A stretch of DNA of 64,000 bases from Promethearchaeota archaeon (GTDB lineage: Archaea > Asgardarchaeota > Lokiarchaeia > Sigyniarchaeales > SOKP01), in the NCBI GenBank assembly GCA_030599585.1, contig JAUVNS010000006.1, forward strand, positions 96,001 to 160,000. The letters are read 5' to 3'. The notes under the pieces were generated by a model that worked only from the letters and a program-made list of their open reading frames with translations, had not been told where the DNA came from and searched no databases. This document shows, piece after piece, positions 19,870 through 28,195 of this stretch. Each line of letters opens with the position of its first letter. The first letter of the stretch is position 1. A program made the position numbers and the translations under genes.

Positions 19870-21816
19870 GTGGTTTCTGCATGCAATTATCCTCCTGAAG
19901 AGATTATTAAACCTATTTTTGGTAAGCCGAACTACGAATTCATTATATTGTGGATTTTGAACAATAATCAGGTATGTACTTGGGCAAACCTAAAAGAAAA
20001 AATTACGCATTCTACCTTATCGAACTACCTAACCCGGCTTAAAGATAGAGGGTACATTGAAAAAAGAGCATATAACCAGTATAAAATTACTTCTAGAGGT
20101 AGGGATAGGTTTTACGAGCTCTCCGAAGCCAAGCAAGAAAAGAGAAAGTTAAGTTACCCTCCCGACGCTATACTTAGAAGGAGGAATTATGACCATTGGG
20201 TTCTGTGGATGGTGTCTAACAACAATTATTGCAAGTGGTCAGATTTTTCTGAGCCTCCTCTTTCGATCAATCAATCTTCTTTATCTAAAAATCTCAATTC
20301 ATTAATAGATAAAGAATTTATAAAAAAAGAAGAAAAAGAATATAGAATAACTCGATTAGGGAAAACTGAATACTCAATTATGTTAAGACTATATGATTTA
20401 GATCGACAATCAATATTAGAGGAAGAAAGTAAACGACTTAAAGAAATAACGCAAAGCACCTCAAGTTTTTTTAACGAATATAAAATAAAAGATAGTGATA
20501 TTAAATTCCGGTTTCTAAATAATAAATTAAACTTACCATTTGAAAAGGTCGAATCCACTTTAGACAGTGAAGAGAATTATGATAAGGTGTTATTATATCT
20601 GTCTGTAAACCATCCAGACCGATTTCCGGATTACATTTCTCCAGAGGAGTTTTCTAAAAAGTACGACATCAATTTGGTTAAACTTAACTTTGTCATTCTT
20701 CGAATCGTTGAAGAAAATATCTTTCCAGTAAAATTTTTTAACTTAGATTTAGACGATGGGAAGATGTATTACTTTCATGTAAATGAAAGGCTGGAGCGGA
20801 TGCTTGATGTAATTGTTGAAGATCACATTACAAAATTCACCTACTTAAACAGTTTAGAGGAAGTAGAGGGAGTTTCCGCTCCGCTAACTATAGAAAGTAT
20901 TGTTAATACAATTTTAGAAGAAATAATTGATAATTTATTTGATCCAAGTTTAAAGCCAGCTTTAAGAACATTCCTTCCACATTACATTAACTGGTTGGCA
21001 TACAAACTTGAAAAAGAAAGAAAACTACTTGATACATTTGACAAATTGGAAGGATTAATCTGGAGAGAAATCCAGAATTTAAATATTAATGAAGAAAAGG
21101 AGCAAACTGATATGCAAGCTGAGCTGAATTATTATATAGATCCCGCGAAGAGTTATGAAGAAGCTTTAGAAGAAATTGATAAAGCGATTGATCGAAAACC
21201 TAAAGAAATTGATTTGTATTATATTAAAAGCAAGATTCTAATATATTATGATAAATACAATGACGCTTTAATCTTGCTAGATGGAATGGTAAAAGACTTT
21301 CCTAAAGATGAAAAATATCTCAAAATGAAAAAAGCATCTATTCTTAAAAGAATGAGAAATCTTGAGGGGGGTTTTGAAATTATAGAAGAATTAATTAAAA
21401 AATACCCTGAAGACAACGATCTTCTCAATTATAAAGCGCTTTGGTACCAATATTTAAATAAAAAGGATAATGCTTTAGAAATCATCCAAGATCTCATAGA
21501 GCGAGAACCAGATAATGGAATATATCACGATTCATATGGTGAAATTCTTCTAGCCTTTAATGAACATAAGTTAGCTATAGAAGAATTTCTAAAAGCAATA
21601 GAGCTGGATCCAAATAGTTGGTATGTTTATCAAACTTATGTTAAACTAGGAATTTGTTATCGAGAACTGGAAGAATATAAGTTAGCACTTGAGCATTTAA
21701 CGAAAGGCGAAGAGCTTATAGAACAATCTCCAAGCGATAATGATACAAAACAGATGTGGCACTCTTATGCTCAACCCTTTATCGAAGAGACTAAGGTGCT
21801 TCTTGAAGATTTTTAA
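19870..21816 (+). CDS. Tandem winged-helix + TPR protein (paralog of 7019-8929)
   Basis: Colinear motifs NYPP, VCTW.NLK, RNYDHW, YDLDRQSILE, HITKFTYLN, YHDSYGE. Confidence 0.7.
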   Translation: MVSACNYPPEEIIKPIFGKPNYEFIILWILNNNQVCTWANLKEKITHSTLSNYLTRLKDRGYIEKRAYNQYKITSRGRDRFYELSEAKQEKRKLSYPPDAILRRRNYDHWVLWMVSNNNYCKWSDFSEPPLSINQSSLSKNLNSLIDKEFIKKEEKEYRITRLGKTEYSIMLRLYDLDRQSILEEESKRLKEITQSTSSFFNEYKIKDSDIKFRFLNNKLNLPFEKVESTLDSEENYDKVLLYLSVNHPDRFPDYISPEEFSKKYDINLVKLNFVILRIVEENIFPVKFFNLDLDDGKMYYFHVNERLERMLDVIVEDHITKFTYLNSLEEVEGVSAPLTIESIVNTILEEIIDNLFDPSLKPALRTFLPHYINWLAYKLEKERKLLDTFDKLEGLIWREIQNLNINEEKEQTDMQAELNYYIDPAKSYEEALEEIDKAIDRKPKEIDLYYIKSKILIYYDKYNDALILLDGMVKDFPKDEKYLKMKKASILKRMRNLEGGFEIIEELIKKYPEDNDLLNYKALWYQYLNKKDNALEIIQDLIEREPDNGIYHDSYGEILLAFNEHKLAIEEFLKAIELDPNSWYVYQTYVKLGICYRELEEYKLALEHLTKGEELIEQSPSDNDTKQMWHSYAQPFIEETKVLLEDF

Positions 21817-21919
21817 GTAATGCAATTTAGGAAAGGAGAGAACACTTTAAATTTAGCGATTGATGATATGACAAGAATTAAAAAGATAATCTCATCATAA
21901 ATACTGATTCGATTGCTTT

Positions 21920-23881
21920 CTAATGAAAAATCTCTTTTATTAACGGTCCAAGTGACGGGACATTTTTTAATTGTACTACTCGACACGCCTGATTAAATTT
22001 ATTAAAAGTTTTCCATATGTTTTCATCCTTCTTAAAATTATCAATAAAGCTTTTGAGTTTCTGCTGGGCTAAATATGATTGACCTTTAAATAAATAACAT
22101 ACTAAAAAAGGAGAAATTGAATCCATAATGATAGTATACTCCCCAAAATTAGCTCGATTAAGGCCCTCAGAAAATACTTCAACACTAAACGAATTTACGG
22201 CGGTTAGAAAACCTCCAAAAAGGTTTTCTTCAAATGACCATTCTTCCACAAATGATTCTGAAAATACAGGGCTTCCATCTTTTGAAATAATTAAAAGTAT
22301 GATAGGTTCTTCATCATGTAAATCAGGAAGTTCTAACTCTCGTTTTCGAACCATTTGCCCCATTTGTTTGTTTAAACGAGCTAATTCCATGCGTTCGGCC
22401 AATGATATATCTGAAGCTTCTAAGTTCTCCCACATGTTTAACTCTTTAAGTAATTCATCATGGTCATTCGAGATTTTTCTAGCCAATAAATCGAGTCCAA
22501 ATTTCTCTGCTATTTGTTGTCCTTGAGTTAGCAATCGTCGAGCTTCTTTCAAATCTAATGATAATAAAGCCAATTTAGCTTGTAAAAGGTAAGTTTCTCC
22601 CATAATCCAGTGTGAATGCGATTTTTCAGCAATTTCTAATAACTGACCAATATATTGTTTTAACTCATCCAACACCCCCTGATCATTAGTTATGCGTAAC
22701 TCAGTTAGGAGCAATTCACATAAGTTAAGTAATACTGTATACTTACTTTCAAAATCTAAATTTTCATCTTCAAGGAACTGCGTATATATCTCTTCAGCTT
22801 TGCCTCGATCACGAGCCCTAAGACTTGCTTTCAACACCAAAGCTTTATTATGAAGATATGCTAAATTAATATCTTCGTCTTTTAATTGATTTTTCATTTG
22901 TTCCATTTCATGAAGAGAAATCTGTGCTCGCTCAAGATCACCTTTATCAATTAAAATTTGAATTAAATAATGGTAATTATCAGCTAGCCAAGTTAATTTT
23001 CCCAACTCACGATGTAGTGCCATGGATTGTCCTATACACTCCAATGCTCGTTCAAGTTCTCCTCCCATCCTATAGGCGTCAGATACATTGTTAAGAACCC
23101 ATGCCAACCTATCTTTATTGTTAAGCTCCTTGAAAAGTACTAAACTTTGTTCGTAATTTCTAATACCTCGATCTAAATCACCTTTAGCGTGAAATAATTG
23201 CCCTAGAAACTTAAAGCTAGAAGCAATGTAATATTTTTTCCTACTTTCTTTAGCAAGAACTAAACTTCGCTTGGCATATTTTAAAGCACGATTCAGTTCA
23301 CCTATAATTAAGCGAGTCCATGCCATCTCACCAAGGACTTCGGCAATTTCATGCTTAATCCCCAATTCTTCTCGCAATGCTAAGCTGTGCTCCAAGTATT
23401 TTAACGCAAGATCTGCGTTTTTCGGGGTTCTTCCTCCTCTTCTACTGCAAAGAAATCCTTTTATAAAAGCTAAATAAGCCTCTCTTTGCTTGTAGGCTTT
23501 TGTTAATTTTTGCGGAATAGTTTTTATTAGTTCTTCTCCTTGTTTAATCAAATCAAAAGCTTCAGCAAATTTATTAAGCATTGCTAATGCATGTGTCATT
23601 ATAAGTAAGCTGTCGACTTTAAGGAAAATGTTTTCTAGTCTTCTGCTTTCTTTATAAATTTGCTCAGCGAGTTTAATAAGCTCTTTGAGCTTCCCTTGCC
23701 AAAATAGAATTTTACATTGAAGTAGATGACAGGATGCTTTATCATGATGGTTGAGCCCTTCTTTCTGCTCGTAATTATTCAAGAGTGTGAGAGCCTCATC
23801 AAGCTTACCTTCATCAATGAGACTATTTACTTTACTCAATTCTTCAGGTTTTTTGCCTTCTATTACTGGTTGATCCGTCAT
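21920..23881 (-). CDS. TPR-repeat protein with C-terminal longin-like domain
   Basis: TPR_12-like repeats (KGDLDRGIRNYEQSL), ISNDHDELL, LFGGFLTAVNSF, CYLFKGQS. Confidence 0.75.
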   Translation of the reverse strand: MTDQPVIEGKKPEELSKVNSLIDEGKLDEALTLLNNYEQKEGLNHHDKASCHLLQCKILFWQGKLKELIKLAEQIYKESRRLENIFLKVDSLLIMTHALAMLNKFAEAFDLIKQGEELIKTIPQKLTKAYKQREAYLAFIKGFLCSRRGGRTPKNADLALKYLEHSLALREELGIKHEIAEVLGEMAWTRLIIGELNRALKYAKRSLVLAKESRKKYYIASSFKFLGQLFHAKGDLDRGIRNYEQSLVLFKELNNKDRLAWVLNNVSDAYRMGGELERALECIGQSMALHRELGKLTWLADNYHYLIQILIDKGDLERAQISLHEMEQMKNQLKDEDINLAYLHNKALVLKASLRARDRGKAEEIYTQFLEDENLDFESKYTVLLNLCELLLTELRITNDQGVLDELKQYIGQLLEIAEKSHSHWIMGETYLLQAKLALLSLDLKEARRLLTQGQQIAEKFGLDLLARKISNDHDELLKELNMWENLEASDISLAERMELARLNKQMGQMVRKRELELPDLHDEEPIILLIISKDGSPVFSESFVEEWSFEENLFGGFLTAVNSFSVEVFSEGLNRANFGEYTIIMDSISPFLVCYLFKGQSYLAQQKLKSFIDNFKKDENIWKTFNKFNQACRVVQLKNVPSLGPLIKEIFH

Positions 23882-24026
23882 TTTAAGTTTCTTTAAAAAT
23901 TAGATTTTCAAATCTAATTAACAAATTAAGTCAAAAACCGTTATATGGGTATTTGAATTATCAATAGAAAGTAATGAAATTCCTTATATATGTATTTAGT
24001 AACTTATCATTTTTTTTTAACAAAAA

Positions 24027-25250
24027 TCACATTCGTTCGACTAAAATTGATAAAATGTTATTCCCAAAACCTCCAAAATTACACGTGATCCCCGTTTTCG
24101 CGTTATCAACCTGCCTTTTTCCTGCTTCTCCTCTTAATTGCCACACCAACTCTACAACTTGAGCGACTCCAGTGGCACCTAAAGGATGTCCTCGTGCTTT
24201 TAGTCCTCCAGAAGGGTTGATTGGTATTTTTCCTCCAATTTCAGTCAGCCCTTCGTGCGCGGCTTTAGCACCCTCCCCTTTTTGAAAGAACCCAATATCC
24301 TCGCTCTGTACTGCTTCGAGAATTTCAAATGCATCATGTAGTTCAGCTACATCCATATCTTTTGGAGATTTATGAGCCATTTTGTAAGCTTGATTAGAAC
24401 ATATCCTTAAAGCTTTTAGGGTTGTAAGTTCTTCCCGTTCAAATACTATCTGTGTATCAGTAGCTTGTCCAATACCAGAAATTAAAATAGGAGTGTCGCA
24501 ATATTTTTTAGCTTCTTCAGCGTTACATAAGACTAAAGCAGCGGCGCCATCTGAAATCGGACAGACATGGAAAAGTCTTAATGGATCAGCAATTATAGGA
24601 TTTGTCTTATCGTCATTTAGGAATTCGTGAAGATTCTCCCAAGTTCCTTTACCTTTTTTCATAGCGCTTTCCATAAAACTCTCAATAGTCCTTTGAAAAT
24701 GGGCATTTGGATTTAAAGCCCCATTCTTATGGTTTTTAATTGCGATATCTGAAATCCATTCTAGTTTTGCATCGTATTTCTCAAGATATGCTCTCGTCAG
24801 TAATCCTGCAAATGAAGGAAGTGAGGCACCGTGTCGTCTTTCAGCTTCAGGGTGTGTTAACGTTGCCACATTTGCGGTGACGTATCCAGGAGTTGTTATG
24901 TGAGTCATTTTTTCACCTCCTACAACTAGAACTAAATCGCTCATTCCGGAGGCAATCGCTTGAAAACCCGCTTTTACAGCTGAACCACCACTGGCAGGTC
25001 CGTTTTTTATATGATCAGCAGCAGCAGGAATTAAACCAATTTTATCTACTAAAGCACTGGCAACTCCAGATAAATTATTGAAAGCAGAAGGGCTCATAGC
25101 ACCAACATAAACAGAATCAAAGTTTTTGTCACTCGTATTTGAATCTTGAATTGCTTCTAGCGAAGCATCACTCAATAAATCCATTAAACCTTTATCTTGG
25201 AGCTTTCCAAATTTAGTGTGTCCAACTCCCACAATAGCAACTTTATTCAC
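24027..25250 (-). CDS. Thiolase-family protein (archaeal/SCP-x type)
   Basis: VGVGHTKFG, GGEKM, CPISDGAAA, ELHDAF, NPSGGLKARGHPLGATG. The first Cys position reads NGPASG. Confidence 0.9.
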   Translation of the reverse strand: MNKVAIVGVGHTKFGKLQDKGLMDLLSDASLEAIQDSNTSDKNFDSVYVGAMSPSAFNNLSGVASALVDKIGLIPAAADHIKNGPASGGSAVKAGFQAIASGMSDLVLVVGGEKMTHITTPGYVTANVATLTHPEAERRHGASLPSFAGLLTRAYLEKYDAKLEWISDIAIKNHKNGALNPNAHFQRTIESFMESAMKKGKGTWENLHEFLNDDKTNPIIADPLRLFHVCPISDGAAALVLCNAEEAKKYCDTPILISGIGQATDTQIVFEREELTTLKALRICSNQAYKMAHKSPKDMDVAELHDAFEILEAVQSEDIGFFQKGEGAKAAHEGLTEIGGKIPINPSGGLKARGHPLGATGVAQVVELVWQLRGEAGKRQVDNAKTGITCNFGGFGNNILSILVERM

Positions 25251-25328
25251 AATTTTTCACCTTGAATCTAGTATATTCTAATGCATTTATGAATAATATA
25301 TATTATTAATGATGAGTTTAAGATAAAA

Positions 25329-26531
25329 ATGGAATATAATTTTAATAGATTTATTGATCGTAGGGATTCGTTTTCTCTTAAATGGAGTAAAGAAGCGCTC
25401 CAGATGGTTTTTAAAAAGGATGATGATGATCTTTTACCACTCTGGGTAGCAGATATGGATTTTGAATGTCCAAAACCCGTGGTTGATGCTCTTAAAAAGG
25501 AAGCAGAAGGATGTGTCTACGGGTATAATTGGCACGGCACTCCTAAATATTTTGATGCGGTAACCGGATGGATGGACCGAAGACACCAATGGAAAGTTGA
25601 TCCTAAATGGATTGTATATAGCCCCGGGATAGTTCCCGCTATTAACATGATGGTTCAGACGTATTCAAACATAGGAGATAAAATCATCGTTCAACCTCCA
25701 GTGTATTATCCTTTCTTTAGTGCGGTGACCGCAAATGGAAGACGACTCTTGTTAAACCAATTACATTATGAGAATCAGAAATATACATTTGATTTCGAAG
25801 ATTTTGAAGAGAAAGCAAAAGACCCACTTGCTAAGATATTTATTCTTTGTAGCCCTCATAATCCCGTAGGAAGAGTATGGACCAGGGAAGAACTCAAAAA
25901 ATTAGGAGATATATGTTTAGAACACGATATATTGATCATATCTGATGAGATTCACCACGATCTCGTACTTCCAGGGAATAAACACACGGTATTCTCAACT
26001 ATCTCTGAAGAATTTGAACAAAAAACTATAGTTTGTACAGCACCAAGTAAGACGTTCAATCTTGCGGGTTTACAGGTATCTAATATCGTAATACCTAATG
26101 AAAAAATGCGTCAATCGTTTATTAATACCATCGTTAATAAAAACGGAATAGGGATACCAAACTCGTTTGGAATCGTGGCAATGATAGCGGCATACAACGA
26201 AGGAGAGGAATGGTTGGAACAAGTACTAAGATATATAGATTCTAATTTCGGATATTTAAAAGATTTTATTAGAAGCAAAATTCCTAATGTCAAATATATT
26301 GAACCAGAAGGAACCTATCTTGCATGGCTAGACTTTAATTTGTTGGGCTTGAATGATGAGGAGTTAAAAAATGTCATTTTAAACAAAGCAAATATAGCAC
26401 TCGATGGGGGTAAATTATTTGGAGCTGGTGGAGAGGGATTTCAAAGAATTAATGTGGCTTGTCCAAAATCAATTCTTGAAGAAACAATGCAAAGAATTAC
26501 AAAAGCAATAGATCAACTTAAAAAAGTATAA
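25329..26531 (+). CDS. PatB/MalY-family PLP-dependent C-S lyase (cystathionine beta-lyase-like)
   Basis: PLWVADMDF, LCSPHNPVGRVW, SDEIHHD, APSKTFNLAGL, EGTYLAWLD. Confidence 0.92.
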   Translation: MEYNFNRFIDRRDSFSLKWSKEALQMVFKKDDDDLLPLWVADMDFECPKPVVDALKKEAEGCVYGYNWHGTPKYFDAVTGWMDRRHQWKVDPKWIVYSPGIVPAINMMVQTYSNIGDKIIVQPPVYYPFFSAVTANGRRLLLNQLHYENQKYTFDFEDFEEKAKDPLAKIFILCSPHNPVGRVWTREELKKLGDICLEHDILIISDEIHHDLVLPGNKHTVFSTISEEFEQKTIVCTAPSKTFNLAGLQVSNIVIPNEKMRQSFINTIVNKNGIGIPNSFGIVAMIAAYNEGEEWLEQVLRYIDSNFGYLKDFIRSKIPNVKYIEPEGTYLAWLDFNLLGLNDEELKNVILNKANIALDGGKLFGAGGEGFQRINVACPKSILEETMQRITKAIDQLKKV

Positions 26532-26549
26532 TAAAATTTAAAAAAAAAA

Positions 26550-27404
26550 CTAGTTTGGTTTTATAGCTCGAACTTTAAGGCTAACTGCGGGAATAGAGTT
26601 GGCAAATTCATTCATTTTTTCCAGTCTTTCTTTTGGAATTGTACTAGCATCAACAATTTCTCCAGTTTCAGCTTTATAAGCTATAGATGGTGATCCACAA
26701 GAAGTCTCCTCAGTAACTTCGCCTAAATTAAAGCCAACTTCTTTAATCACCCCTAAATAATCGTCTTTTAACATAGCACCTGCTACACAACCAGCATACG
26801 CACCCACATTTTGCTTGACGCTTTCGGGTAATTCCTCATAAAGAACAATATCTGAGACAACTATCCTTCCACCTGGCTTCAATACCCTGTATGCTTCTTG
26901 ATATACCTTCTTTTTATCAGTTGACAGGTTAATAACACAATTAGAGATTATAACATCTACAGTATTGTCTGCAACTGGTAAATTTTCGATTTCTCCTAGT
27001 CTAAATTCTACATTTTCATATTTCCCTTTTATTGCGTTCTCTCTTGCTTTATCAAGCATCTGATAAGTCATATCTACTCCAATGACTTTTCCTGATTCAC
27101 CAACCTTATTAGCTGCTAGAAAACAATCAATACCCGCACCAGAGCCTAGATCAAGCACTACTTCACCTGCTTTAAGGTCAGCAGACGCTGTAGGGTTCCC
27201 ACATCCAAGACCTAAGTTTGCTCCCTCAGGGAGATTTTTTAATTCTTCAATACTGTAACCCAATTCATTGATACTTTCCGTGGGCCCGCAGCATGAAGAT
27301 GCTGCTTTTGGTTCTGCAGAAGGAGAGCAACAGCTCGAACTCGAAAAGTTTGCAATTTTGCTGTATTGGTCTCTTACCATTTTTTTTATTTCGTTATCTT
27401 CCAT
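26550..27404 (-). CDS. arsM: Arsenite S-adenosylmethionine methyltransferase
   Basis: GLGCGNP, LDLGSGAGIDCF, IISNCVINL, GCVAGA, N-terminal CC pairs. Confidence 0.88.
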   Translation of the reverse strand: MEDNEIKKMVRDQYSKIANFSSSSCCSPSAEPKAASSCCGPTESINELGYSIEELKNLPEGANLGLGCGNPTASADLKAGEVVLDLGSGAGIDCFLAANKVGESGKVIGVDMTYQMLDKARENAIKGKYENVEFRLGEIENLPVADNTVDVIISNCVINLSTDKKKVYQEAYRVLKPGGRIVVSDIVLYEELPESVKQNVGAYAGCVAGAMLKDDYLGVIKEVGFNLGEVTEETSCGSPSIAYKAETGEIVDASTIPKERLEKMNEFANSIPAVSLKVRAIKPN

Positions 27405-27485
27405 TTAAATCACTCTTAAACCTTTTTTTAAAGAAAATTTTAAGTTTTTCTTCTTAAGAAGTTATAGTTAATGCAATTATATAAA

Positions 27486-27506
27486 GGATCCGAATATTTA
27501 GGATCC
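27486..27506. promoter_or_regulatory. Putative MarR operator upstream of arsM
   Basis: GGATCC-gaatattta-GGATCC, a near-palindrome that is also an AGGATCCGAA direct repeat, next to a TATA-like element in the marR-arsM spacer. Confidence 0.45.
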
Positions 27507-27539
27507 GAAATAAATTTCATATTAAAACCAGAGTAACTT

Positions 27540-28019
27540 TTAGCAAGAATCTAATTCAGTATCTACTAAAGATTTGTCCAATTTTTTTAAGAGAATTGTT
27601 AGGAGTTGAATGTCATTAGGATCAAATCCGCTACAACAATTATCTAAAATGGAATTAATATTGGGAGTCTCTTTTTCAAGTTTTTTACCTTTATCGGTAA
27701 GCATAACTAGGACACTCCTCCGATCCTCAGGATTCATTTTTCGAATTACGACATCTTTTTTCTCCATCGTGTCTACAATCCCAGTTATCGTTGATTGAGA
27801 GCAACAACACGCTTCGGCTAATTGTTTGAATTTAATACCGTCATTTTTCCAAAGTTGCTGCAAGATTGAATATTGAGCGGTTGTGAGGTTTTCTTTTTGA
27901 ATTATTTTTCGCTGTAATTTTTCAAATTTTTTATTTATTCTATTGTTCAATTTGTAAATTTCTGAGAAATCAAGGACAACGCAGTTGTTATTCTCACAAT
28001 TAGTATTTTTATCTGACAT
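27540..28019 (-). CDS. MarR-family transcriptional regulator, Cys-rich
   Basis: LTTAQYSILQQLW, LAE...STITGIVDTMEKK, DRRSVLVMLTDKG. Contains CCC and CC motifs. Confidence 0.88.
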   Translation of the reverse strand: MSDKNTNCENNNCVVLDFSEIYKLNNRINKKFEKLQRKIIQKENLTTAQYSILQQLWKNDGIKFKQLAEACCCSQSTITGIVDTMEKKDVVIRKMNPEDRRSVLVMLTDKGKKLEKETPNINSILDNCCSGFDPNDIQLLTILLKKLDKSLVDTELDSC

Positions 28020-28195
28020 AAGCTTATTTTTTAATTATTAGGTAATAAAATATTTGTACCCTTAATATATTTATTTTTTATCTCATATTTAATCTTTCAT
28101 ATTAAAATGTGCTAAAGAGTATATTTCCGAAAACCAAAACCAAACTTAAACAAAAACAATAATACAAAACAACGTAAAAAAAAGAAAAAAGAGAA

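Noticed and set aside
8926-23881. Diversity-generating retroelement or transposon as the driver of TPR variation
   Set aside because: No reverse transcriptase, transposase or integrase, and no adenine-specific TR/VR pair seen in the window.
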